Shown here: positions 47,898 through 57,971 of the stretch, piece after piece
Numbering within the stretch: the first letter of the stretch is position 1
Layout: each line of letters begins with the position of its first letter
NCBI GenBank assembly: GCA_009392915.1
Contig: CP045477.1
Span: forward strand, 64,001 to 128,000
Length of the DNA: 64,000 nucleotides
Direction: 5' to 3'
Source of the DNA: Candidatus Forterrea multitransposorum CG_2015-17_Forterrea_25_41
GTDB taxonomy: Archaea; Iainarchaeota; Iainarchaeia; Iainarchaeales; CSSED10-239
Notes under the pieces: model-generated
Told to the model about the DNA's origin: nothing
Seen by the model: the letters and a program-made list of their open reading frames with translations, nothing else
The model's database searches: none
Program-made: the position numbers and the translations under genes

Positions 47898-49103
47898 TTG
47901 ATTAATATGTTTTCAAAAAAAATTATTTTAGTATCTGTTTTATTTTTACTTACATCTTTATTTTCGGGGTTGATTTTCTCTGAAAGATATATAGATAGTT
48001 CTTATGTTCAAGTTATTGCTCAAGAAGTAAGTCCTGAACCAGTAGAGCCTGGTCAAGATTTTTTACTAAAAGTTAGAGTTCATAATTTTGGAACAGTGGA
48101 TGCTAAAAATGTAAAAATTAATCTTGATTTAAATTATCCTTTTTATTTAAAAAATACAAGTGAGTCTTATATTGACTTTAATTCGATTTGTTCTAATTGT
48201 TCTGCAGAAAATACATATTATTTTACAGTTTCAAGTTCTGCAGTTTCAGGGATATATCCAATACATTTTAATATATCTGAAATAAATAATGAAACTGTTT
48301 CTTTTAAACCTCAAATAATAGATATTTCCATATTAGGTAAACCTGATTTAGTTTTAGAAACCATAAAAGTAGATCAAAATATTTCTGCCGGAGATATATT
48401 TAATATTAAATTTTTATTAAGGAATATAGGTACTGGGAATTCTAGAAATATAAAAATAATTCCTAATTCTGATGATTTTATGCTTATTGGGACAAATACT
48501 AAATGGTTTGAAGAATTAGGTCCCAATAAAGAAATTATTTTTGATTTAAATTTTATTTCAAACAAAGATTTAATTTCAAATAGTTATATTTTTCCTATAG
48601 ATCTTGAATTTTTAGGAGAAAAACAAAATTTTTATACCTCTTCATATAATATTGGAATTAATCTTTTAGGAAAAGCAGATTTATCTTTACAAAATTTAAA
48701 AATTACTCCTTTAAACCCTTCTTTAAAAGATTTAATTAATTTTGAAGGAATTATTGAAAATATAGGAAATGGAAAAGCAAATAATGTTTCTTTAGAATTA
48801 TTTGTTTCAAATGATGAGAATTATAAATATTATATTGGTCAATTAAATAAAGATGATGATGCTCCTTTTTATTTTAATGAAATTAAATTTAATTCTGTTG
48901 GAAATAATAAAGTAAATTTGATTGTAAATTATGATGATGATTACGGTAATTATAAAATAGAAATTCCTTTAAATCAAAATATAAATAAATCTAATAATTT
49001 ATCTTTATTTTTTATAGTTTTATTTTTATTTTTGGTTTTATTTTTTAGTTTGTATTTATTAAAAAATAATAAACACAATAAAAATAAAAAAATAAAGAAT
49101 TGA
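47898..49103 (+). CDS. CARDB-repeat (COG1361-like) cell-surface protein with C-terminal TM anchor
   Basis: Signal peptide and three CARDB-like repeats (e.g. VSPEPVEPGQDFLLKVRVHNFGTVDAKNVKINL). The C-terminus has a TM helix plus basic tail KNNKHNKNKKIKN. Confidence 0.7.
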   Translation: MINMFSKKIILVSVLFLLTSLFSGLIFSERYIDSSYVQVIAQEVSPEPVEPGQDFLLKVRVHNFGTVDAKNVKINLDLNYPFYLKNTSESYIDFNSICSNCSAENTYYFTVSSSAVSGIYPIHFNISEINNETVSFKPQIIDISILGKPDLVLETIKVDQNISAGDIFNIKFLLRNIGTGNSRNIKIIPNSDDFMLIGTNTKWFEELGPNKEIIFDLNFISNKDLISNSYIFPIDLEFLGEKQNFYTSSYNIGINLLGKADLSLQNLKITPLNPSLKDLINFEGIIENIGNGKANNVSLELFVSNDENYKYYIGQLNKDDDAPFYFNEIKFNSVGNNKVNLIVNYDDDYGNYKIEIPLNQNINKSNNLSLFFIVLFLFLVLFFSLYLLKNNKHNKNKKIKN

Positions 49104-49114
49104 TTTAGATTTAT

Positions 49115-50314
49115 ATGAATAAAAAAGATATTAAGCTAATGTTTTTTTTAGCTTATAAAAATATAATTAAAAGTAAATCTACTTTTATTGTAATTGTAGC
49201 TGTAATGGCTATGAGTTTTTTGTCAATAACTTTTTTTTCTGCAATTATTGATGGGTTAAGTTATGAATTTGAAGAGTCGATGATTGATGGTCAAACAGGG
49301 CATTTAATGATCGAACCATCTAATGAAGAAAGTTTTATATTTAATTCTGATAGATTAGAAAAAAATATTTCTAAAATTCCAGGAGTAATTGGTGTTTCTT
49401 CAAGATTAGAATCAAATATTTTAATTACTTATAAAAATGAAGAGCTAGGGGCACCTGTTTTCTTTATTGATCCTATTGATGAACAAAAAGTATCTAATTT
49501 TCATGAAAGTTTAATAGAAGGTAGTTTTCTTTCATATAAAGATACATCTGAAATTATTATTGGTTCTGATTTACTAGAACAGTATGCGCCTATAGATGAT
49601 ACTAAGAAAAGGTTTAATCTTAGAATAGGGGATAATATTATTTTAACTTTTAATAATGGTTATAAAAAAGAATATAAAATCAAAGGTATTTTTAAAACAG
49701 GTTCTAAGTTTAATGATGATAAAATTTTAATTAATAAAGAAGAATATTTTTCAATATTTAATAAAGAAGATATTTCTCATAAAATACTTGTTAAACTTCC
49801 TTCAAGAGGTCTTGAAAAAGAATATATTCAAAAGATAGAAGCTTTAGGAATAATTGAACAGATTAACCCTTGGGAAACTAAGATTGGTATGATTAAACAA
49901 TTTGTAGGAAGTCTTCAAATTACAAATCAGATAACTGGTTTTATAGGTTTATTAACTGCATTTGCAACAATTTACATAATTATTTTTATAAATGTAACTA
50001 ATAAAAGAAAGCAGATAGGTATATTAAAAGCTATAGGTATAAAAAAAAAAATTATTCTTGGATCATATATTATTCAATCTTTTATTTATGGTTTTGTAGG
50101 TGTTATTTTTGGAAATATTATTATGCAAATTTTGTTGGCTTTACTTGCAAGTTATCCATTATCTATGCCTATTGGGGATGTAGTTCCATTACTAACAATA
50201 GGTAAATTATTAACTACCTCTTTTATTTTAATTTTAGCCTCTATTGTTGCAGGTTTTTTCCCTTCTAGAAAAGCTTCTAATGATAATATCTTAGATGCTA
50301 TATTTGGAGGATAG
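49115..50314 (+). CDS. ABC transporter permease, FtsX/MacB-like
   Basis: N-terminal TM, a large extracytoplasmic domain and three C-terminal TM helices (FtsX topology). Precedes the ATPase gene. Confidence 0.75.
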   Translation: MNKKDIKLMFFLAYKNIIKSKSTFIVIVAVMAMSFLSITFFSAIIDGLSYEFEESMIDGQTGHLMIEPSNEESFIFNSDRLEKNISKIPGVIGVSSRLESNILITYKNEELGAPVFFIDPIDEQKVSNFHESLIEGSFLSYKDTSEIIIGSDLLEQYAPIDDTKKRFNLRIGDNIILTFNNGYKKEYKIKGIFKTGSKFNDDKILINKEEYFSIFNKEDISHKILVKLPSRGLEKEYIQKIEALGIIEQINPWETKIGMIKQFVGSLQITNQITGFIGLLTAFATIYIIIFINVTNKRKQIGILKAIGIKKKIILGSYIIQSFIYGFVGVIFGNIIMQILLALLASYPLSMPIGDVVPLLTIGKLLTTSFILILASIVAGFFPSRKASNDNILDAIFGG

Positions 50315-50317
50315 ATT

Positions 50318-51007
50318 ATGATTAAAAATATTATTGAAGTAAATAAACTTGAAAGAATATATTCTAATGGAATTGTTAAAACTTATGCCTTAAAAGACGT
50401 TTCTTTAAGTATAAAACCTGGTGAATTTGTTGCAATTATGGGGCCTAGTGGTTCTGGAAAAAGCACTTTACTTCATCAGTTAGGACTGTTAGATACTCCA
50501 ACTAATGGAAGTATTATTATTGATAATGAAGATGTATCGAAATTAACTGATAAACAAAAAACTACCTTTAGATTAGAAAAATTAGGTTATGTTTTTCAGT
50601 CATATAATTTATTACCAGAACTTAATGTTATTGAAAATGTTTTTTTAACCTCTATGGCTAAAGGTTTAGATCCTAAAGAATATAATTTGAGAGCAAAAGA
50701 TATTCTTGAAAAAGTAGGTTTAAAAGATAGATTGTATTATTATCCTTCTGAACTTTCTGGAGGTCAACAACAAAGAGTTTCTATTGCAAGAGCATTAGTT
50801 AATAAACCTAAAATTTTATTTGCAGATGAACCAACTGCAAATCTTGATTCTGATTCTTCTCAAGATATAATTGATTTATTTAAAAAATTAAATAAAGAAA
50901 TTAATCAAACTATTGTTATGGTAACACATGAATTAGAAGAAGGTAAAAAAGCAGATAGGATAATTTGGATTAAAGATGGTATTCTAGATAAGTCTGTAAA
51001 AGTTTAA
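50318..51007 (+). CDS. ABC transporter ATP-binding protein (MacB/LolD-type)
   Basis: Walker A GPSGSGKST, signature LSGGQQQRVSIARAL, Walker B ILFADEPTANLD. Confidence 0.9.
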   Translation: MIKNIIEVNKLERIYSNGIVKTYALKDVSLSIKPGEFVAIMGPSGSGKSTLLHQLGLLDTPTNGSIIIDNEDVSKLTDKQKTTFRLEKLGYVFQSYNLLPELNVIENVFLTSMAKGLDPKEYNLRAKDILEKVGLKDRLYYYPSELSGGQQQRVSIARALVNKPKILFADEPTANLDSDSSQDIIDLFKKLNKEINQTIVMVTHELEEGKKADRIIWIKDGILDKSVKV

Positions 51008-51108
51008 CTATTTATAAATAAAATATTTAATATTTTTATTATAACTATATTTTAAATAAAATTTAGATCTATAGATATTTTTATATATTTTATTAATATA
51101 GTTTATTT

Positions 51109-51618
51109 ATGAAGTCAAGATATATTTTATTAGTTTTAATATTGTTAATTATAATTATAGGTTTTATTATATTTTATAATAAATCAAATTCTAATTATTT
51201 TTTAAAAAATAATATTTTGGATAATAATTTATCTGTAGAAGAAATAAATGCTTTAAACGCAACTTTAAATGATGAATATAAAGCAGAAGCTATCTATCAA
51301 AAAGTTATTAATAAATTTGGAAATGTTCCACCTTTTGTAAATATTATGTCTGCTGAACAAAAACATAGTTCTTCTTTAATTATGTTATATAATAAATATA
51401 ATTTAACTATTCCAGAAAATGATTGGTATAATGAAGTTCCAGAATATGAAAGTGTTCAAGAAGCTTGTAAAGCAGGAGTTAATGCTGAAATTGAGAATGC
51501 TGCTTTATATGATGAAATGATGAAAAATATAACTCATGAAGATATAATTCAAGTTTTTAATTCCTTAAAAAATGCTTCTTTAGAAAAACATCTTCCTGCT
51601 TTTGAAAGATGTTCTTAA
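51109..51618 (+). CDS. DUF2202 ferritin-like domain protein, membrane-anchored
   Basis: N-terminal TM. EEINALNATLNDEYKAEAIYQKV...SAEQKHSSSLIMLYNKY...HEDIIQVFNSLKNASLEKHLPAF follows the DUF2202 pattern (EE..L.Y...EEY.A...Y....SEQ.H...L...Y). Confidence 0.6.
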   Translation: MKSRYILLVLILLIIIIGFIIFYNKSNSNYFLKNNILDNNLSVEEINALNATLNDEYKAEAIYQKVINKFGNVPPFVNIMSAEQKHSSSLIMLYNKYNLTIPENDWYNEVPEYESVQEACKAGVNAEIENAALYDEMMKNITHEDIIQVFNSLKNASLEKHLPAFERCS

Positions 51619-51799
51619 TTAGTTGTATTAAATTTCATTTTTCTTTGAGGTTCAATTTCCGCCAGAAGCTTTGCTTTTTAATTTATGTTATTTTAATTTA
51701 TTTTTTATTACTTTTAGAAATAAATCTATTTAAATAGTTTATTTTTATATATATGTATTATTCGCGAATAATGTTGGACAAAAATTTTGAGGTGGTTGT

Positions 51800-52474
51800 G
51801 TGTTTGATATCGCAGATTTTCCAAAATTAGAATCTCCCTTTATAAGAAAAACTATTAATGAAAAATATATAGTAACTTTTGAGATTAATCCTAAATATAA
51901 ATGGATTTTTAATAGAAACATTGTTTTAGCTTCAGAAAAGATAGATGGAACTAATGTTTCAATAATTATAAATAAAGGAAAAATAATTGATATATACAAT
52001 AGAAAAAATAAAATTGAAATATTAGCAAATAAAAAATATTTTAGATTTATAGATGGTATCAACTATGCCTTATATAAAGAATTATTTAGAACAAATAAAT
52101 CTATGCAAATATTTGGAGAATTAATTGGGCCAACAGTTAATGGAAATCCCTATAATGAAGTAAGAAACATATGGGTGCCTTTTTCTTACTTAAAAGAAAA
52201 ATGTGAATTTAAATTTTGGAATAAATTTTTAGAAGAAGAAATTGACGGTAAAGATTTAAGCGAAAAAGAAATATTTGAAAAAACATCAAATATTTTTAAA
52301 AATCTTTGGAGTCTTTATTATAGAAGAAAAACAGGCGAAAAGATATTTGCTGAAGGAATTGTATTTTATAATAAAGAAACTGGAGAGATGTGTAAACTAA
52401 GAAGAGATATGTTTGATTGGTATGAAGGAATTAGTCATGATTTTTTTAAAGCTAAAGCAAAAAAAGATCTATAA
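51800..52474 (+). CDS. ATP-dependent RNA/DNA ligase-like nucleotidyltransferase domain (Rnl2-like)
   Basis: Covalent nucleotidyltransferase motifs I EKIDGTN (cf. T4 Rnl2 KIHGTN), III FGELIG, IV AEGIVF and V CKLRR. At 224 aa it is the adenylyltransferase domain alone. Confidence 0.55.
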   Translation: MFDIADFPKLESPFIRKTINEKYIVTFEINPKYKWIFNRNIVLASEKIDGTNVSIIINKGKIIDIYNRKNKIEILANKKYFRFIDGINYALYKELFRTNKSMQIFGELIGPTVNGNPYNEVRNIWVPFSYLKEKCEFKFWNKFLEEEIDGKDLSEKEIFEKTSNIFKNLWSLYYRRKTGEKIFAEGIVFYNKETGEMCKLRRDMFDWYEGISHDFFKAKAKKDL

Positions 52475-52500
52475 AATGTAATTTTTATAAACATATTTTA

Positions 52501-52554
52501 TATTACTCACATCTGTGTATTACTCACAATCTTTTTAAATGTTTTGAGTAATAC
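52501..52554 (+). promoter_or_regulatory. three copies of TATTACTCA(CA) (two direct, one inverted) immediately upstream of the Fic gene start
   Basis: TATTACTCACA at 52501-52511 and 52518-52528. The inverted copy TGAGTAATAC is at 52545-52554, 7 bp before the ATG. Confidence 0.35.
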
Positions 52555-52560
52555 ATATTT

Positions 52561-53496
52561 ATGAGTTATTTATCTAAACTTAAAAGAAATAATAAAACAT
52601 ATTATTATCTTGTAGAAAATATTCCTATATCTAAAGGTAGGCGAAAACAAATTAGAAAATATATAGGGACAATTAAACCTACAGATCAAAAATTATCTTT
52701 AGAACTATTAAAGTTTGAAAAAGAAATTACTTCTAAAAAAAAACAAATGCAAGGATTTACCTATTTAACTAAAGAAGAAATAAAAGAAGTAGATGAAATT
52801 AATTCAAATTTTTGGAAAAAATATAATAAATTATCAAAAACTGAGAGAGAAGAATTTTGGAATAATTTTATTGGAATTTTTGTTTTTAACACAAACTCAA
52901 TAGAAGGTTCAACTTTAACATTAAAGGAAGTTGAACTACTATTATCTGAAAATATATCTCCAAATAGACCTTTAGAAGATGTTTTAGAAGCAAAATCTGC
53001 AAAAAAAGCAATTAATTTTATTTTAAATTATAAATCTGATTTGTCAATAGATTTAATTACTAAAATTCATAAAATATATTTTAAAGAAAGCTTTCCAGAT
53101 ATAGCTGGTAAATTTAAAAGATTAAATAATAGAATAAAAGGATCAAAATTTGATACTACTCCAAAAGAACTAGTTTTAACTGATTTAAAAATACTTATAG
53201 ATAATTATAAAAAATTTAAAAAAGAATTACATCCAATAGAATTATCTGCTTGGTTGCATTGGTCTTTTGTAAAAATTCATCCTTTTCAAGATGGAAATGG
53301 AAGAATTTCAAGATTACTTATGAATTTTATACTTTTTAAAAATAAATATGCTTTAATAGATATTAAAACAAAAGAAAAACAAACATATTTTAATTCTCTT
53401 GAAAAATGTAATTATTTGAATAATGGAAAACCATTAGCTCAAAGATTAGTTAGAAGATTTAAAAAACAGTATAAAAATATATTTTCAAATTTATAG
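52561..53496 (+). CDS. fic: Fic-family AMP-transferase (class II, N-terminal inhibitory helix)
   Basis: Canonical Fic motif HPFQDGNGRISR. N-terminal inhibitory motif TNSIEG fits (S/T)xxxE(G/N). Confidence 0.85.
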   Translation: MSYLSKLKRNNKTYYYLVENIPISKGRRKQIRKYIGTIKPTDQKLSLELLKFEKEITSKKKQMQGFTYLTKEEIKEVDEINSNFWKKYNKLSKTEREEFWNNFIGIFVFNTNSIEGSTLTLKEVELLLSENISPNRPLEDVLEAKSAKKAINFILNYKSDLSIDLITKIHKIYFKESFPDIAGKFKRLNNRIKGSKFDTTPKELVLTDLKILIDNYKKFKKELHPIELSAWLHWSFVKIHPFQDGNGRISRLLMNFILFKNKYALIDIKTKEKQTYFNSLEKCNYLNNGKPLAQRLVRRFKKQYKNIFSNL

Positions 53497-53525
53497 TTTT
53501 ATTAATTTTTTTTTAAAAGAAAAAA

Positions 53526-54272
53526 CTATTTATAACTTAAAAGCTTTTTAACATTTATATTCTCATTAAAAATCTCTTTTGACATTCCTTCAACATGTCC
53601 AGCACCAACAACAACCACAATGCTGTTAACATCTTCTTGTTGTAAGATCTGTCTAATACCATAAGCCATAAACTGATCTCTCTCATCAATCATTATTCTC
53701 TTTAAGGTCTTATGTCTTTTCATGAAAATTTCAAGAAGTTTATTTAGTTTGTCACCACTCTCTTCATCATCAACGCTTTTTAAAAGAACATTTACATCAA
53801 AGTCTTTACCAAGTTCTTTTCTTGTGTTAAATCCTCCAAAGAAAAGTCTAAATTTATCTCTAAAGGTTAAATTTTTTAAAAGTTTACTTAAAGTAAACTC
53901 TGCATCTCTATCCAGAAGTAAAAGCTTTGATTTATTCTCTTGAGCAGAAATAACTCCTTGCATCATTTCTTCTCCAGGAGTTGTATCAAATTTACTTGCA
54001 ATTTTTTTTTGAAATTTTTGTAAAACATAATATACTAAAAAAAGTCCAGGTTTTTTAGCTCTAAAAATATCTTTTAATCTAATCTCTCTTTTATTTTCTT
54101 TTGTCATCATGCTTTGAAATCTTTTTCTATCAAGCTCAATTCCAACAACATCAGGTTTTTCTAAATCAATAGTTTCTTTTACTTTTTCCTTGCTTTTTTT
54201 AGAAATATGTGCTGTTCCAACAATAATTATTTTTTTATTATTATAAAAAATAGTTTTAATCATAATTTTCAC
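53526..54272 (-). CDS. TraB/GumN-family protein
   Basis: Family signatures IIVGTAHISKKS near the N-terminus and VVVGAGHVEGM near the C-terminus. Confidence 0.7.
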   Translation of the reverse strand: MKIMIKTIFYNNKKIIIVGTAHISKKSKEKVKETIDLEKPDVVGIELDRKRFQSMMTKENKREIRLKDIFRAKKPGLFLVYYVLQKFQKKIASKFDTTPGEEMMQGVISAQENKSKLLLLDRDAEFTLSKLLKNLTFRDKFRLFFGGFNTRKELGKDFDVNVLLKSVDDEESGDKLNKLLEIFMKRHKTLKRIMIDERDQFMAYGIRQILQQEDVNSIVVVVGAGHVEGMSKEIFNENINVKKLLSYK

Positions 54273-54380
54273 TTAAAATAAACATTTAAATAGGTTTTTA
54301 ATATATTATATATTATAAATAATAGGAAACATTTTTAATATGTTTTTAAAATATTTAAATTAAGGAAAATCAAGATATAT

Positions 54381-57300
54381 ATGAAAAATAAGATACTAAT
54401 AATTTTTTTATTTACAATTTTACTTTCAACTTTTATTTTTTCAGATCCTGTTGTAAAGATAAATGATAATTTAACAACATATACAAACAGTGATTCTGAA
54501 AACTTCTATGTTGAAGTAAGTAATACTGGAGATAATTGTGAAGTTGAATCTGATTTTATAAGTATTAATTTAAGTTCAGATGCAGCAAGTTCTTTTCCAT
54601 ATTTAATATACTGTAATCTTGAAAGAAATTATAGTGGTTATTTTTCAGTAGATTTTTCAACAAACACACCAACACCTCCAATACCAAATGTTTTAGTTAA
54701 TAATGAAGATACTGTTATTGCAGACTATAATGGGTTTACTGCTAATTTAGTAGTTGACACAATAAATACTATAACAGGAACTTTTGATTTAAATTCTGTT
54801 GATTCAGTTGTAAATAATTACTATAAAGGAGATGTTGAAGTTACTTCTTTAAGTTCTTTTTCAGATGCACATTCTGGTTTAAAAGAATATTACATTTATA
54901 TTGTTGAAGTTGATTCAGTAAATGACTATAGAGATGATTATTATAAGAGATTAATTGTAGATGTTAATGAAACTTCTATTGATTTAGGTACATCTACAAC
55001 TGTTTCTGATGGAAATTATTTTGTTTTAGTTGAAGCTTTAGATTATGCTGAAAATCTTGCAATACCTTCTCAAGTAATTTTAAATAAAAAAAATATGTAT
55101 GTTGATAATACAGCACCTCAAGTAACTTCTTTTAGTTTAGGAAGTTTTTCAGAAGGTACAACTTATTATGTTCCTTCAACAACTACTACTTTGACTTTAT
55201 TAATTGAAGATGATGGTGTAGGGGTAAGGAATGAACCTCTATATACACAAATAGATAGAGATAGTGTAAAGTTAGCAGATTATAATTCTATATTAGGCGG
55301 TTTCTTTTTTGATTTTACAACAGTTGATTATGATATTGATGGTTCATATGAGCTTGCAGCAACAGATCTTTTAGGTAATTTAAATGAAAAAACATTTTCA
55401 ATAATGATAGATGAAACTTCTCCAACAACTCCAACAATTTCAACAGTTACAAGAGCTGTAGATAATAATGTTACAATTTCAAATTGGGGTACTTCAACTG
55501 ATTCTGGAAGTGGTTTAAAAGAATACAAAGTCTATAGGTCAACTTCTTCTTTTACAGAAGTTTCAAATCAAGATTTAATTTGTACAGTTTCTGCAGCTGC
55601 TTCAAAAACTTGTCTTGATTCAACTTCAAAATCAGATGATACAAGATATTATTATGGTGTTACTGCAGTTGATAATGCAGGAAATAATAGTCCAGTTGTA
55701 ACTGCAAGCATAAAAACAGGTCCTGAACTTGATATTTATATTGATTTAGAAGATTCTGATTTTGTAAATACTGTTACTCCAGAGATAACTTTAGAGTATG
55801 GTTCTGATGTTAATGCTGTTAGATTTAGTTGTAATGCTTCAACTTTTACATCATGGGTTGAAGTTTCGGGAACTTCTGAGGTTTATGAAAGTTTTAATGT
55901 AACTTCTGGAAATGGATGTAATACAGATCAAGGAGATAAAATAATTTATGTTGAAGCAAGAAGTGAAGACGATCCTTATCTTATTACTAGAGAATCTTTT
56001 GAGTTTGAACTTGATTCAAAAGCACCAACAATACCTAGTAACATAGAAGTTTTAGAACAAGCAAATGGTTCTTTAAATATTTCTTGGACAAGCTCAACAG
56101 ATGTAAATGGTAGTGGTCTTGAAGAATACAGGATTTATTATTCAGAATCTGAGTCAGTTTCTAAATCCTCACAATATATGACTTCTTCAGATGAAGAGTA
56201 TATTTTTAATCCTAATGAAGATAAAACATTTTATTTTAAAATATCTGCAATTGATGAAGCATTAAATGAATCTGATCTTTCATCTATTGCTTCTGGAACT
56301 GCAAAAAGATTTGGACCTTCTTTTACTTTTAATGCAAGCCCAAAAAATTTAATTGATGATGTTTATTATTTAAAAAAAGGAAATGTTTTATTTACTATTA
56401 CAAGTAGTGAAGAATTAAAACAAACACCTATTATTAGACTTAAAATTGGTAATTCACCTTATAAATCAATTTCTGCAATTTATAGTAATTTAATTACAAC
56501 TTTTAATTATTCTTTAGAAGAAAGTGGAGATTCAATTTTAGAAATTACAGGTACAAATAATAATAATGAAACAACAACTGATACTTTTAATTTTATAGTA
56601 GATGCAGAAGTTCCAACTTTTACTGCTGACTATAATTTCTTTGAAGATACTAAATTATATGAATTTAAAATAAGTGATTTTTCAGATGATGTTTTCAGAG
56701 TTCAATATTTATTTAATAATGTTGAAGAAGTTTGTTTTATTGAAGATTCAAATAACAATTATCTTTGTTCACTTGATTCTACTCTTTATAAAGATGGTAA
56801 TCATAAAATGTATGTTTTAGTTTATGATAGAGCATTAAATTATGAAACTGAAATTATTTCTTTTGAAATAGATAATGTTGATGAAGCTTTAATTTTAAAA
56901 GAAAATTTAGTTGCTGAAATTAATACAAATATTTTTACAATTGAAGATAGAATTTCTTTCCTTCAAGCAATCTCTTTAGAAGTTTCTCAAGATGTTTTAG
57001 ATAAATTTTCTGAAGCTAAAGAAAAAGTTGTTCTTGCAAAATCTCTAGAAGATTCAAATAATTTTTCAGAAGCTGTAAATACTTATACTTCTGTAAATAA
57101 TTCTTTACTTGAGATATTAGAAGTTTTACCTACAGAAAATGTTTTAAAAACAAAAACTATTGAAATTGATCTTTTAGATAATTCTTTTGATCTTAATACA
57201 GTTATTTTGGATCAAAATATATTAACTGATAATTTGTCTTTTTATGATGTTAATAATCAAGACCTAAATTTTATATCAGTTTCAAGAGAATTTAGTGTTT

Positions 57301-57959
57301 TTGAAGTATCTGGTCAAAACTTTTATTCTAGTAATTTAATTTTTGTAAATGACTCTAATGTAGATAAAGTAATTTCTTTTATTGAAGTAATACCTAAAGA
57401 ATTTGAAAAATCTTCAGATAATATTTATTTTGATAGAAATATTGTTGTAATTGATAAAGATCCAATAATTCTTTATAATTTAGTAATTCCTAAAAATTCT
57501 TCTCTTACAACAAAATATATTAGTCAAACAGCAATTACAAGTTTTGATATTTTAACTAAATTTGATGCAATTGTTTACAAGTCTCCTCTTCTTTTAACTG
57601 GATCTGTAAATTTAGAAGATTTAAATTTTGAAAAACCTTTAATTGATAGTAAATCTTTATTTATGATAGCAGTTGTTCTTTTAATAATAATTATCTTACT
57701 TTTAGTAATCTGGATGGTGGCTTCTGGTCGTAAGAAAAAAGAAGATGTCTTTAAAGAAATGGAACCTAAGGATGCTATGAATAAATATCTTGGAAATAAA
57801 CTAAATAGTAATTCTCAAGAAAAATCTTCAACTGATTCTTCTTCATCTAAAACTTTAGAAGAAAAAGAAGAAGAGCATAAAAGTGATCTTGAAAAGAAAA
57901 AGAAGTATGATAGTAATTATGAGTTTATTTTAGATGCTGTTAAAAGAAGTAATAAATAA
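54381..57959 (+). CDS. giant surface protein (1192 aa) with Fn3-like domains, C-terminal TM and long charged cytoplasmic tail
   Basis: Signal peptide and repeated Fn3-type signatures (SGLKEYKVYRS, GSGLEEYRIYYS). TM helix FMIAVVLLIIIILLLVIWMVA followed by an ~85-aa K/E/S-rich tail. Confidence 0.8.
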   Translation: MKNKILIIFLFTILLSTFIFSDPVVKINDNLTTYTNSDSENFYVEVSNTGDNCEVESDFISINLSSDAASSFPYLIYCNLERNYSGYFSVDFSTNTPTPPIPNVLVNNEDTVIADYNGFTANLVVDTINTITGTFDLNSVDSVVNNYYKGDVEVTSLSSFSDAHSGLKEYYIYIVEVDSVNDYRDDYYKRLIVDVNETSIDLGTSTTVSDGNYFVLVEALDYAENLAIPSQVILNKKNMYVDNTAPQVTSFSLGSFSEGTTYYVPSTTTTLTLLIEDDGVGVRNEPLYTQIDRDSVKLADYNSILGGFFFDFTTVDYDIDGSYELAATDLLGNLNEKTFSIMIDETSPTTPTISTVTRAVDNNVTISNWGTSTDSGSGLKEYKVYRSTSSFTEVSNQDLICTVSAAASKTCLDSTSKSDDTRYYYGVTAVDNAGNNSPVVTASIKTGPELDIYIDLEDSDFVNTVTPEITLEYGSDVNAVRFSCNASTFTSWVEVSGTSEVYESFNVTSGNGCNTDQGDKIIYVEARSEDDPYLITRESFEFELDSKAPTIPSNIEVLEQANGSLNISWTSSTDVNGSGLEEYRIYYSESESVSKSSQYMTSSDEEYIFNPNEDKTFYFKISAIDEALNESDLSSIASGTAKRFGPSFTFNASPKNLIDDVYYLKKGNVLFTITSSEELKQTPIIRLKIGNSPYKSISAIYSNLITTFNYSLEESGDSILEITGTNNNNETTTDTFNFIVDAEVPTFTADYNFFEDTKLYEFKISDFSDDVFRVQYLFNNVEEVCFIEDSNNNYLCSLDSTLYKDGNHKMYVLVYDRALNYETEIISFEIDNVDEALILKENLVAEINTNIFTIEDRISFLQAISLEVSQDVLDKFSEAKEKVVLAKSLEDSNNFSEAVNTYTSVNNSLLEILEVLPTENVLKTKTIEIDLLDNSFDLNTVILDQNILTDNLSFYDVNNQDLNFISVSREFSVFEVSGQNFYSSNLIFVNDSNVDKVISFIEVIPKEFEKSSDNIYFDRNIVVIDKDPIILYNLVIPKNSSLTTKYISQTAITSFDILTKFDAIVYKSPLLLTGSVNLEDLNFEKPLIDSKSLFMIAVVLLIIIILLLVIWMVASGRKKKEDVFKEMEPKDAMNKYLGNKLNSNSQEKSSTDSSSSKTLEEKEEEHKSDLEKKKKYDSNYEFILDAVKRSNK

Positions 57960-57971
57960 TTTTGAAAAAAT

